Made by a program: the position numbers and the translations under genes. From contig JBITNC010000001.1 of NCBI GenBank assembly GCA_050084985.1, positions 103,726,001 through 103,790,000 of the forward strand: 64,000 nucleotides of DNA, written 5' to 3'. Below the pieces are notes generated by a model that saw only the letters and a program-made list of their open reading frames with translations, was not told the DNA's origin and made no database searches. The DNA comes from Nageia nagi. Lineage: Eukaryota; Plantae; Pinophyta. Of the stretch, positions 13,645 through 24,396 are shown one piece after another (position 1 is the stretch's first letter; every line of letters starts with the position of its first letter).

Positions 13645-16204
13645 TGTAACATCTCATCCAATTACACTTGTTGTGATCCTAATAACCTTAGGGAATTTAA
13701 ATTAAATTTGATATAATCTATGTGATCAGATGAATCATGAATGGATATATATAAGAATTATATCATATCGATGTTTGCTTCGATGTTGTTGTGACACATG
13801 TTATAGATTGACTCAGTGTGGGAGTCATGTGGGAAATCCAAGAGAATAAAAGATGAGTTGGTTATGGAAATGGATCAGTAAGAGTGAGGAAATGATTAGC
13901 ATTGAATTGCTAACAACCGACATGGACCTTTTCAAATCATATAGTTGCATCTCATATTTATTATGTATGAAATATGATCCCTTGATTTGTGTTATATTCG
14001 TGTATGTACTAACAAAAATTTACCTTGCAGGACAGGTGATCTTCGAAGGTAAAATTATGTTCTAAAATATTTATTGTGCATTTCTAATTGCTTTGAAATT
14101 TAATTAATTATTTTGAATATTGCAATAGAATATTCTAGATACCTAAATTCAAAATTTTCACTAAAGTATTTTATTCATACTTATAATAAGTTTTAGGGTT
14201 GCATGAAAATTAATTTATTAAGTGATAAGGTGGCAAAAAATTATTAGCCTACCCTATACTGTAAATTTACTCCCTTTCCATACACTTTAGAATTTTGTAT
14301 AAGATGTACAAAATAATTGGGGGATTATTTATACCTTGTGGCTTAAAAACAAAATTTGCTAAATCCCACCACAAAATAAAAATTCCCATGTCTCCCATGA
14401 GCAAAAAGTTAAAGGTAACCCAATGGTATATTATTTAGAAGTGTTATATCAACTTTCCCCTATAATACCTTGAGAAATTTGAAGAAAACACACTACTCTC
14501 TCCCATATCAAATTGGGTTGGTGTGATGTTGCTCTAGAAAGTTCCATATTTCCCTTCTTATACCTTCCTTAGATTCTTGAATCGAGGTGCTCATTCCTAT
14601 CCTAGCATTTGTTGCTAAAACTAGAGTTTAATTTCTTTAATGTAGGATGAATGCTATTAATTTCTTTTCATATCATGAATTATTGTGAGTTTCTAAGCAT
14701 GGCATGTGATGTGAATGTACCTTATTGTACTCATACAAATGTATTCCTTTGGTTAGAAAAGGAGGCTAGTCGAATAAAATTATTTTGAATGGTTTTAATA
14801 TTTATTTGTTGTAGAAATGTCACGGGTGGTAAACCTCACATCTTTCACTTTACAAGCTATGTTTTCTCTACGGATAAGTTTCCCTTCTCTTGTCATTGTC
14901 GACTTTTGGCCAGTCCGTGTGTAGTAAGTGATTTTGAATGTATTTTTATCTTTGGAAGCCATGGGGTCTATAATCATGCTCTTGGGTTTCTATCTTGAAT
15001 ACCTGTTTTTGTAATCAAATGAAAAGATCGTTTTAAAATGGGAAGAAATTTATCATGTTTGGAAAATCAGGGATGTTCTCTACTTGTCACTAAGAGGAAA
15101 TCTTACTTGGCTTTATACCTTCACATCTGATATAGAAGAACTTGCTTCAGTATTGGGAAACATCTACTTGGTTTAGTGAAATGGGATTTTTGAAGCGCAC
15201 AAACCCTTCTCCTCAAGGGAGCCATTCTTTTTCAACGGATCTAAAACAAGTGATTGATTTTCTATTCCAAAGCGTAACCTTCTGAGGGGTAAAATGTAAG
15301 TTTCTGAATAAGAATAGTATTTTCTCTTAGTCGATTTAGTTGTCAATTGAAAAGCGCTATATCTGGTTGGATTTTCTTCCCTGCAAGAGATATAAGTCGT
15401 TACTTTGTTGAATGAATGACGAATAGATCTTTTTGCTCTTATTGCAAGCCATATTTCCTTCATGGATATCTCTGACTTGAAAGAAAATGAATGAATTCTT
15501 GGCATATTGTCTTATGTTAATTAAAAGGATTAATCCCTCTCTGTTAGATATCTATTTTATTCAAATCTATCTACTCAATATTATAGCTTCTTTGGAAACT
15601 ATATATATCTACTTGCTGCCACCAACATAAATTTTTAGTCTGTTGGAATGGCTGCTAGTGAAAGACCTCTAGTCCTCGCCATGATTCATTAGCCTCCCTC
15701 TTAGTGGTACAACGTTGGATAAAGTTACGACTCGTGTGTCTACAAGTCTGTTACAGATCGCAGATAAGCTGCATTTCAATGTAAAGTGGGCTCACTTCTC
15801 ATATATACATTATCTCTAATAGATAGTTTCGTAACTAGCATAGAAATATCAATCTTGAATTGATTATACATTTCTGGCGTATACGTTAGTGCTAATTTAT
15901 TGAAATGAGAATTCATACGTTTCGAGATCCATCCGTACCTTTTGGATACATTTCTTCTAGTCATTTTATTAATGTTTCCATTATGGATAAGGTTTACCGT
16001 GAAGGATTTTTCACCTGCGTAATGTATAAAGTTGATATACTCATTCTGAATCTTGCCAAATGAAGTATCGAGTCGCCTGGTATGAGACGCAAGATATTAA
16101 AGTAAATAATAGTCTTTTTTTTCACTTTATATATGTGTAAACTCGGAAAAGGACGCCCTTGAGTATGTGAGTATGCAATAATCTACATTGTAATCCGGTC
16201 TACA
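13645..16204 (+). mobile_element. LTR (~2.56 kb) related to 3272-5932
   Basis: Starts TGTAACATCTCATCCAATTAC (cf. TGTAACGACCTATCCAATTAC), shares the TACCTTGCAGGA...AGGTAAA block, and ends GGTCTACA. Confidence 0.6.
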
Positions 16205-18119
16205 GTGCTAATACGTGACCCCATTCTCTTTAGAGTTCCATGTCTTGGTCTTCGTAATTTTTATCAAACCAAACTTTGAATCGTACGCATTCACATGACG
16301 ACATCTTCGATTTGTAAGATTTATTATTTTAAGCCGCGCCTTCTCCAACCTTGTAATAGCTTAGCTAAGCCACTAATAGTAGAGGATAAGCATCAAACTG
16401 AGGACAAAACATAAGGAGAAAATGTTTATACATAACCTTTAACTTGAGTAATAGTTTTTATAGGTATTTCAATGTGTTTAATCATTTTTTTTTAATAAAA
16501 GAAAGGTTAAGTTATGATAATTCATAGTTAACTTTGACCCATTGTGATACTTTTAAGAAGATCCTCCAAGAAAAAAATATATTTTATGTTTATGAATTAG
16601 ATTTCTTCTTATTGTATAAAAGTGGTAAAATGAGGTTTTGTAAAAGATTAAATTGTTCCTTTTGCATTTTGTGTTAGTAACTCAAAATATTTTAAGTAAA
16701 TGGCATCATAAGTGATTATGATTTGGAGAAAATTTTAAGAAAATTAGGATATGGAAACCTTCATTATTGAATACGATGCCTTGAAAATTTTTGGACTTAT
16801 GATACCTTGCTTTTTGAAGTGATAAAATGAGATATGTGTTATGTGAAGTTTTTTTTTTTTTTTGTTTGTTTGTTTTTGAGTTGCTCCATGATCAAGGATG
16901 AGATATGTGTTATGTGAAGTTTTTTTTTTTGTTTTTTGTTTGTTTGTTTTTGAGACCATGAATGTAGTATGGGTTACCCTTTCAAATTGAGATTGATGGA
17001 TTGAATTGATTTTTTATATACAAGTGTTGAAAAATTCATTTCTTCATAATCAAGGAAGAGAGATAGTTATCCAATGAGACATAAATCCTCTTGAGATCAA
17101 GATTAGAGCAATACCTTCTAGATTATGTTGTATTGAATGAAAATCATTTTTCTAGAATAATTATTAAAGTGATTTGAGTGATTCATGCATCTAGGGGTAC
17201 GATGCATTTCATTACATATAAGAGTTCTTTGGATCCTCATTATACTCTCGTCCAATCCAAGTACTCAACACCATATAGTCTTGGTTTGATGCATGTTTAT
17301 GGATGATGCTAAGTTGATAAAGACTCACCAAAGTACAAAGATGGTGATGAAGAACCCTTCAAAGTTTGATAATATTTATGTAATAGGGTTATTAAAATTG
17401 GTACTATTATAATAAACCCTTATATGATACACAAGTGATATTTTGTTTAAAGATACTTTTCTTGGTGCACCTCTTGCTTCTTATATGCTAGATCAAGATT
17501 ACTCCATGGAGGAGTAACCTTAGTGTTGAGTATGGTGCAAGGGTGTTGTTTTTATTATCAACCCGATGAGATCAGTATGTATATGGTTTTTATGGTTGCA
17601 CATGTCAAAGAAATAACGTTGATAAGATTTGCAAAGTTGTCAAAGACAAAAATAAGAAAGGGAGCAAAAGTTGTCATGAAGTACCAAAAGCCATCAAGGG
17701 GGTCAAACTGCAAATGAAAAGTGACAGATAACCAGAGATGGTTTGAATCAATTTTTAGGGTGTTAACAAAGTTATGTGCAGCATTGGAATGGTTAGATTT
17801 CATGTTGGTTTGATTTCATCGAGTCTTGTGAATTTTGGAATAGTGAGAAATTTATGTGAAATTAGCTTCGTGCAAGTCAAATTGGAGCAAACAGTGATGA
17901 ATTTTGGAATAGTGAGAAATTTATTTGAAATTAGCTTCACAGTTATGAACATGAATTTTGGCTATCATGGAAATAATTGGATGGTTTCTTTGAGCTCTTG
18001 AAGTCTTCAAATTTGAAATTTCAAATTTTATACATATATAACTTAGTGAGATGAGCAACTTTGCCTTTTGAATCATCTCAATTTGACGTCTTGAAGTATA
18101 AGAATCTCTTATGTGCACA

Positions 18120-18720
18120 AAACTAAGCTTATTCTAATGCACTTGGAAACATGATATTCCTCATTTTATGGACATGGCTAAATTTCGTGTAATCAAGAAG
18201 ATCTTTGATAATATTGATTATCAATCCAAAAAAATTACATTCAATTGTAATAAAATATGTTATGCATTATTTTTGAGGAACTAAATAATTTACAATATCT
18301 TAAGGAGAGGAACAACCTCATTCATAGCTTGAAATATTTTTTTGATATAAATTAGGCTAGCAATGCAAATAATAGGAGGCCCATGACTCATTTTGTATTT
18401 AAAATAAATAGAGATGCTATCTATTAGCAACGTAAATGATAATTTATTGTAACTTTATCTAGCAATAAAATTAAATATATTATTTATATAAAAAGATATA
18501 AGAGAATAAGATTGTACAAAAAACTCTTACTTGAATTGTTAAATTATAAATACATTATAATGTATTGTCATAATCAAAGTGTTATTGTCTTTTGACTAAG
18601 AATCCTATCACTGATCCTTACACCCAGCATATAGCAGTTCAATATCATTTCATGACCAACATGATTGACAACGATCAAGTAGCACTTACCATGTAGAAAT
18701 TTTCCATATATGCAAAAAAG
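18120..18720 (+). pseudogene. Ty1/copia RT-end/RNase H remnant
   Basis: YCHNQSVI...TKNP...HIAVQYHF (copia RNase H). Similar to 42090-42200. Confidence 0.55.
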
Positions 18721-19242
18721 AAATGTAAAAGTTCTTGTAAAATACAGAACATTATTATAAACAACTCTAAAACCATGTGAACGGCTCTAAACTGTTAAAC
18801 AATACACTCTGCCAGCCAAGCACATACATAAATAGCGTAGAAGACCTAGGATGCATAGAGCGCGTTTTCATAGAGAAAACAGGGGAATCTGCTCCTCCTG
18901 TGATGTTCTAGCTCTAGATTCTAGAATTTCCTTTTAAGATGCTTTCCAACTAAAAATCCGCAGCCATTCCACTTAGCCTATATTAAAATAATGAACAGGA
19001 ATGCCAAAAAACTTACATCAATGGTCGCTTGAATTATTTGTCTATTCTCCTAGGGGCATGTGCAGTGATTAATCCCAATTGGTAGATAGGGTCTTGAGTT
19101 CCACATCTACAATAAACAAGGCTTATTAGAAAACAATAACATCTTGGAGAAATTGAGATGAAGGTGCCATAACTTTCTGTTAGCATAAGATTCATTGGTG
19201 AAGTAATACATTGGAATACCAGCCAACAGTTAGTATATTCGA

Positions 19243-20163
19243 CTACTTTCCGCCCCTCTTTGTAAAAATGGAGAAAAATCCCATCATTCTAGCTTCCAGA
19301 GATGTGACAGCGCTCTTACACAATGTTACATCATCTTTGAGAAATTCCTCGTAGACTTCCAGACAATATTTCTGCCTTTGCTCTACCTCCTCCTTGCTCA
19401 TCCTTCTCAGAATGGGTACAATTCTGTGCATCTCCTTTGAAGAAAATTGCAGAATGCATCGATGCCACTGTATCAGAGTATCAAAGGGCTTCACGTAGTT
19501 ATCAGTTATGAGCACTGGAATTGTTCCTGCGCTGAGAATCTCCAGAAATCTGTAAGAATTTGGCTGAATGCCAGCAGGTGCGAGCCCAAACGTAGAATTC
19601 ATCAGATCTACATAATCATGACTATCATATACCATTTCGTCCTCAGGACAGTGAGTCCCCAATTTGGGATCCTTCCGCATCTGGTCATTATTGTAAGGAT
19701 GTCTGCATGAAAGTCCAACGATGATATCTTTCCCGTTGTGCATGTTTCTGAAAGAGTCATAGCTTCTCAAAACCCCTTCACCCTCATGTCCTAAGTACGT
19801 CAGCCCCCTAAAGGTGAGGAAATATTTTCTGTCGAAAGGTTTGATTTCCTGAAACTGTGGGAGCCGGATTTTGGGTGGTAGGGTAATGCTGATATCAAAG
19901 CCGGCGCGGTAGACTGTTTCGTGCATGTCGGTGATGAGAAGCGAAGCCATTCCTGTGCTCTCCATGGCTATCCCGTTAGTGCCCACTTATCGATAAAGGA
20001 GACCAGTACATGGTTCATTCCACCATTCCAGTAAGGAAGCGTACTCGGATGCGCTGGTCGTGGACTGTGATATGGATCCAGGAGGTCCGTATACACGAAA
20101 AACAAGCAGGCCTGGTTGGGATCCTTAGTGAACCATATCGTAAAGTTAAGCGTCTGAAAGTAC
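19243..20163 (-). CDS. Exostosin/GT47 glycosyltransferase, exon 2 (1-nt frameshift at ~19972-19974)
   Basis: TTTTCAG acceptor at 20164. Motifs FTKDPNQACLFFV, LPYWNGGMNHV, YRAGFDISI, RKYFLTFRG, NSTFGLAPAG..SYRFLEIL.AG.IPV, PF...IQW. TAG stop at 19243. Confidence 0.88.
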
Positions 20164-20256
20164 CTGAAAATGCAGATCATTTTAGTCCAATGTTGAAATA
20201 AAATTTGACTTGAAATGAAATGACGACTGGGAGCTGGAAACGAAAAACAATTTTAC

Positions 20257-20711
20257 CATCTGTGCCGAAGTGGCAGATCATAGACGAAGATCTTGATGAC
20301 ATCCATGTTTTCACATCGTGAGTAATTGAAGCATACATCCATCGAACACCGCGGAAACAATGCTGGATAATGCCAGACCGTATTTTCTTTGTACCATGGG
20401 CCTTCTCGTTCGCATGGTTTCTCTATCACCTTTTCCTTCACTATAATTTGTGGTGTTGTAATATTAGAGGAGGTGGGCGGACAAGACGATTGAGAAACAC
20501 ATAGAGTGCAATTGCAGGTCTTTGCACCTCCGATTGAGAAGCTTCCATTACGCGATCTGCAATAGTCGTCGGTGTTCACCAGTTTGTGGAAAGAGTTTAC
20601 GATTGACGGTTGGTTTTCCGTCGAGATTATGAATTCCAAACTGAAAACGCTAACAACTATAACAACGATTATGAAGGCCGTGAGAATGAAACAAGTTCTT
20701 CCGTCTGACAT
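20257..20711 (-). CDS. Exostosin/GT47 glycosyltransferase, exon 1 (type II signal anchor, stem, start of GT47 domain)
   Basis: N-terminal TM FILTAFIIVVIVVSVFSL; CSMDVCFNYSRC..IKIFVYDLP. GTAAAA donor at 20256; phase-2 splice restores W-YFQ. About 458 aa in total if the frameshift is corrected. Confidence 0.88.
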
Positions 20712-21178
20712 TCTCGCAGCCTCTTCTGAAAGATAGTTTGCATACAGACGAGCAATAATACTACTTCGGCATCATGCGGTCATGAAAAGGGCCGTTGAAG
20801 TTCTTAGCCAAAGGGAACTGAATTGTTTACTAATAGAGTGCCATGTGAAAGAAATACAGAAATGGAGGCGAAGACACGGCATTCGATCACCACTTCAATC
20901 GAGGGTTTCCAGAGTGGAAAGCCGTAAGGCAAGGCTTTAGAGTTAATTGAGTAAAATGAACACTTCCACGGTTCCACCCCACAAAGCTGAACGGACAGAA
21001 CATGTGAAGATTCCCTTGGAGTCAAACCCTGCCAAATATGAAAATAATCCAAATATAAATATGGACATAGAAAATGACTTTGACGATAAGACGCAAAATG
21101 CAAATCGGAGGAACAGTCCAAATAATTATTAGAATTTCATTTAAAGAGGTATTTAACAAAAATCAACTGACAATTAGT

Positions 21179-21336
21179 ACTAGTTTTGATATAACTCCTT
21201 ATATATCAAAAAACGTCGAGAGATATCATTTCGAGGCGTCTATCTTGGATATAGCAATACCAAGAAATGAGATAAACACCTCAAAATAATATCTCTCGGC
21301 GTTTTTTGATATATAAGGGGTTATATCAAAGCTAGT
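21179..21336. repeat. 158-nt inverted repeat (67-nt arms) at the element 3' end
   Basis: ACTAGTTTTGATATAACTCCTTATATATCAAAAAACGTCGAGAGATATCATTTCGAGGCGTCTATCT pairs with 21270-21336, differing only by a few transitions. Confidence 0.95.
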
Positions 21337-21517
21337 GGCATCCATCATCACGTGATTATTGAATTATAATATTAAGAGATACAATACAAATGCAAATATT
21401 ATTTTAAAAATAATGTTTAACAAATGAATATGACTCATACATAAGGAGTCATTGACAAATAATATTGAGTAAGATTTTAAAAAAATCAAAATTAATCATA
21501 GTAATATTGATTTTTGG

Positions 21518-22097
21518 CTACTCCAAATATTTGAGTCTTTCTTCTTCAGCTTTCCTTTGCACAACTCCTTTTCCTGATTTCAATTTTGCATAACGATCAT
21601 ATGGAAACGGTGCTAAAATTCTAAGTCCATCCAATGCTTTGATGCGAGATATAGCAACAAATGTTAAACCTTGCCTTTCCCTTTCTCCAATATCTATTGT
21701 TGCTTTATTAAGTGTCAAACCTTGTGATTTATGTATTGTTAAGCCCCAAGCCAATCGTAATGGAAGTTGACGTGTTCGACCTCTTTCTATAGGTATAATT
21801 GGAACAGCTTTACCTTCAAGTGAACATCCTGTAAAATGATCAAATTCTACCATAACATATGTTGGTAGATCAGGTGGAGAATTCCCTGGTTTGTATACAA
21901 TTTTTCTAACATATCCCAAAGCACCATTAACAAGTCCAACTTCTGTCCATAAGTTAGATGTTAGCATAACTCTTGCATTATTTGCAATTAACAACTCAAT
22001 TTCAAGCTCTTCACTATCACCCCCTCCTTGTTTTGTGCTCCCTGATTTTGTTGCAATACTACGTGCTACTGGAAAATTTAACTTGAGTAGTTGTAAC
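21518..22097 (-). CDS. RepHel exon 4 (Pif1/SF1B helicase C-terminus)
   Basis: RVMLTSNL..GLVNGALG, RQLPLRLAWGLTIHKSQGLTL, FVAISR. AG acceptor at 22098; TAG stop. Confidence 0.92.
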
Positions 22098-22207
22098 CTA
22101 TTATGATAAAAAATATTTCATTAGTTAGCAATATATTAATATTATATCAAAAATTAGTAAGTAATTCAAAATTCTAAAAAATGGATTTATTTAAAATAAA
22201 TTCATAC

Positions 22208-24070
22208 CTGTTATGATTATGCACATTTTCATTAGTTGCAAATAGATGAATATTCTGATCAAAATCATCCCTTATAGCCGGATCTAGATTTGAATTTGTT
22301 CTTGTCATCAATAATTTCCAATCATCTTCAGTTGGATTTGCATCTCTTAAATTAATTAAAAGTTGAAGAAACCTTTTTTGATCTTCACTCTCTCCTTCTT
22401 GTCGAAATACTCTATCTAATGTTATAATAGTTGTGAACTTTTGCCATAATAATCTTGCATGTCTATTAGTGGCATATGGTGGTCTATCCATAACAGGTGG
22501 TAACTGTCCTAAATCACCTACTAAAATCATTGACCTACCTCCAAAACATATATTTGATTTTTCTGGAAAACCTTCTCGAAGGCGAGAATCTATGTGTTCC
22601 AACACTTTCTGCCCTATGAAGCTCATTTCATCAATCAATATATATTTTACATGTTTCATATCTTCTTGAAAAGTATTTAATCTTGATCCCTCTAATTTAT
22701 CAAAGTCTGTGATAGGAATTCGAAGTGCTCCATGGATTGTAGTGGCACCAATGTTGAATGCAGCAACTCCAGTAGGTGCAAGTAAAAGAAGGGGAGAATG
22801 TTTTATAGATGGTAAGTCTTGAAATGCTTGACGAAGTGCTCCAATTAGATACGATTTTCCTGTTCCTGCTATTCCTTGAATTATCATATATAAAGGGTCT
22901 ATATGTTGTTCCTGATTATAATGTGTCATTATTATATCATATGCTTGTTTTTGTTTCATGCTAAGGCTCTCATATAGGTAATTTAAAGGGGCATCATCAT
23001 CAATAAATGCAACATTTTGTTTCATTCTGGTTATCCAATTTATTGCTTTTTTTGTGTATTCTTCTGATATATATTCATTATCCCATTGTGCTTGTCTATC
23101 AACATCCCTTCTACCAAGCATATCTATTTCTGTCCTTGTAAAGTGATTTCCACGATGTAATTGGGCTATAATTTCCCATTCATTCTCTATAGTGTTCTGA
23201 TGAACTGTTCGTTCATCATCATCTTCTGAATCATTGTGATATTCTTGTTCTGTATTTTGGATATTATTCATTCTCTCAATATGCCAAGGCCTATAATTGA
23301 ATGCCTCCCAATTTGTTATGATTGTGCTATCATCAACCCCGATATCTCTTTCTATACTTCTAAATGGCTTGTAAAGTAACAACTCTGACCAACAAAATTC
23401 AATAAATTTTTCTGATTCTTTTTCAGGAATGGTCGTAAAACGTGGCCATGCCCTCACAATAGCTGCATTTTTTCTAGTGCTCCATTTCAACTCACTTCTT
23501 CGTCTTGGATTATATGTCCATGATCTAGCTACATCAATAAGTGAGATAGTTTCCATCATACATGGTCGTTGAATATATCCATCAATTAAAGATTTACCAT
23601 TTCTTTCTGTTTCTTCTTCATCAATATTTTCCACCTCCTTGAAAACTTTTTGTCCAACATTTAGAGAAATAAAAACTCTACTACATTCAACCAATGGAAG
23701 CTCTAATAACATATGACATGTTTCTTGTGCTCCTATATCTCTCTCAATAATTGTTTCCGTTAGAAGACGCCTATATGCTCTTGTTGCTAAATCATCATCA
23801 TTTTCTAAATTTGTAATTCGCATCAACATTTCTTGATAGGTTTCTGAACTTTTCTCAGCCTTAGCAGCATATTTAGCAATATAATTGATAACAGCATGCT
23901 TTGATAGAATAGGTTGCCAATCTACATTTGCTCTCCATAATTGTAATATATTTTGATTATGTGTATTGACTCGATCATCATTTCTTATTGGTTCATACTT
24001 TTTATCTTTGGTTTCTGGATCTTCATATAATTTGGATCCATCTAAAGATAAAGGCCATGGTGCATTATAC
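22208..24070 (-). CDS. RepHel exon 3 (Rep motif III and Pif1 helicase core)
   Basis: WRANVDWQP, catalytic YIAKYAAK, RDIGAQE, Walker A GIAGTGKS, APTGVAA, Walker B IDEMS, GDLGQLPPV, FRQ. GT-AG bounded, phase 2 at both ends. Confidence 0.92.
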
Positions 24071-24151
24071 CTATAAAAAGAAAAATTAGTTTAACATAAA
24101 GGATGATGAATTTAAAATTATAAATATATATAAGTAGTCATAAGTATTTAC

Positions 24152-24315
24152 CTACAAACCATCTTTCCTCTTTTCTTGCGTAAGCATGCACCTTCTCTAC
24201 ATACAGTGTGACGCTCAACACAATTGAGAATCTCTTCATAATCAAGATCTAAGTCTACTTGATCAAGTTGACGTGTATTCCTCAAACATGGGTGTTGATT
24301 AATATTTTGAAGAAG
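24152..24315 (-). CDS. RepHel exon 2 (not in ORF track)
   Basis: LLQNINQHPC...VERHTVCREGACLRKKRGKMVCR. Flanked by 81-nt GT-AG introns 24316-24396 and 24071-24151; frame preserved. Confidence 0.88.
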
Positions 24316-24396
24316 CTGTGAAATATATACAATGGTTATTAATTATATATATGTATTTAAAACATAAAATTAAAAAAATAGATACTTTATGCATAC

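Noticed and set aside
16828-16955. 70-bp duplication with poly-T/(TTTG)n
   Set aside because: Simple slippage repeat with no sign of function.
18602-18626. A|TCCTAT...TTACACC as the 5' end of a plus-strand Helitron carrying the GT47 gene
   Set aside because: It lies within a copia RNase H remnant (KNP motif) also seen at ~42121, and similarity to the true terminus does not extend.
20804-21289. Short ORFs upstream of GT47
   Set aside because: No recognisable motifs; they overlap promoter and hairpin sequence.
21178-21337. Hairpin as a CACTA element (right end reads CACTAG)
   Set aside because: The left end is TACTAG and the 3-bp flanks (TAG vs GCA) do not form a TSD.
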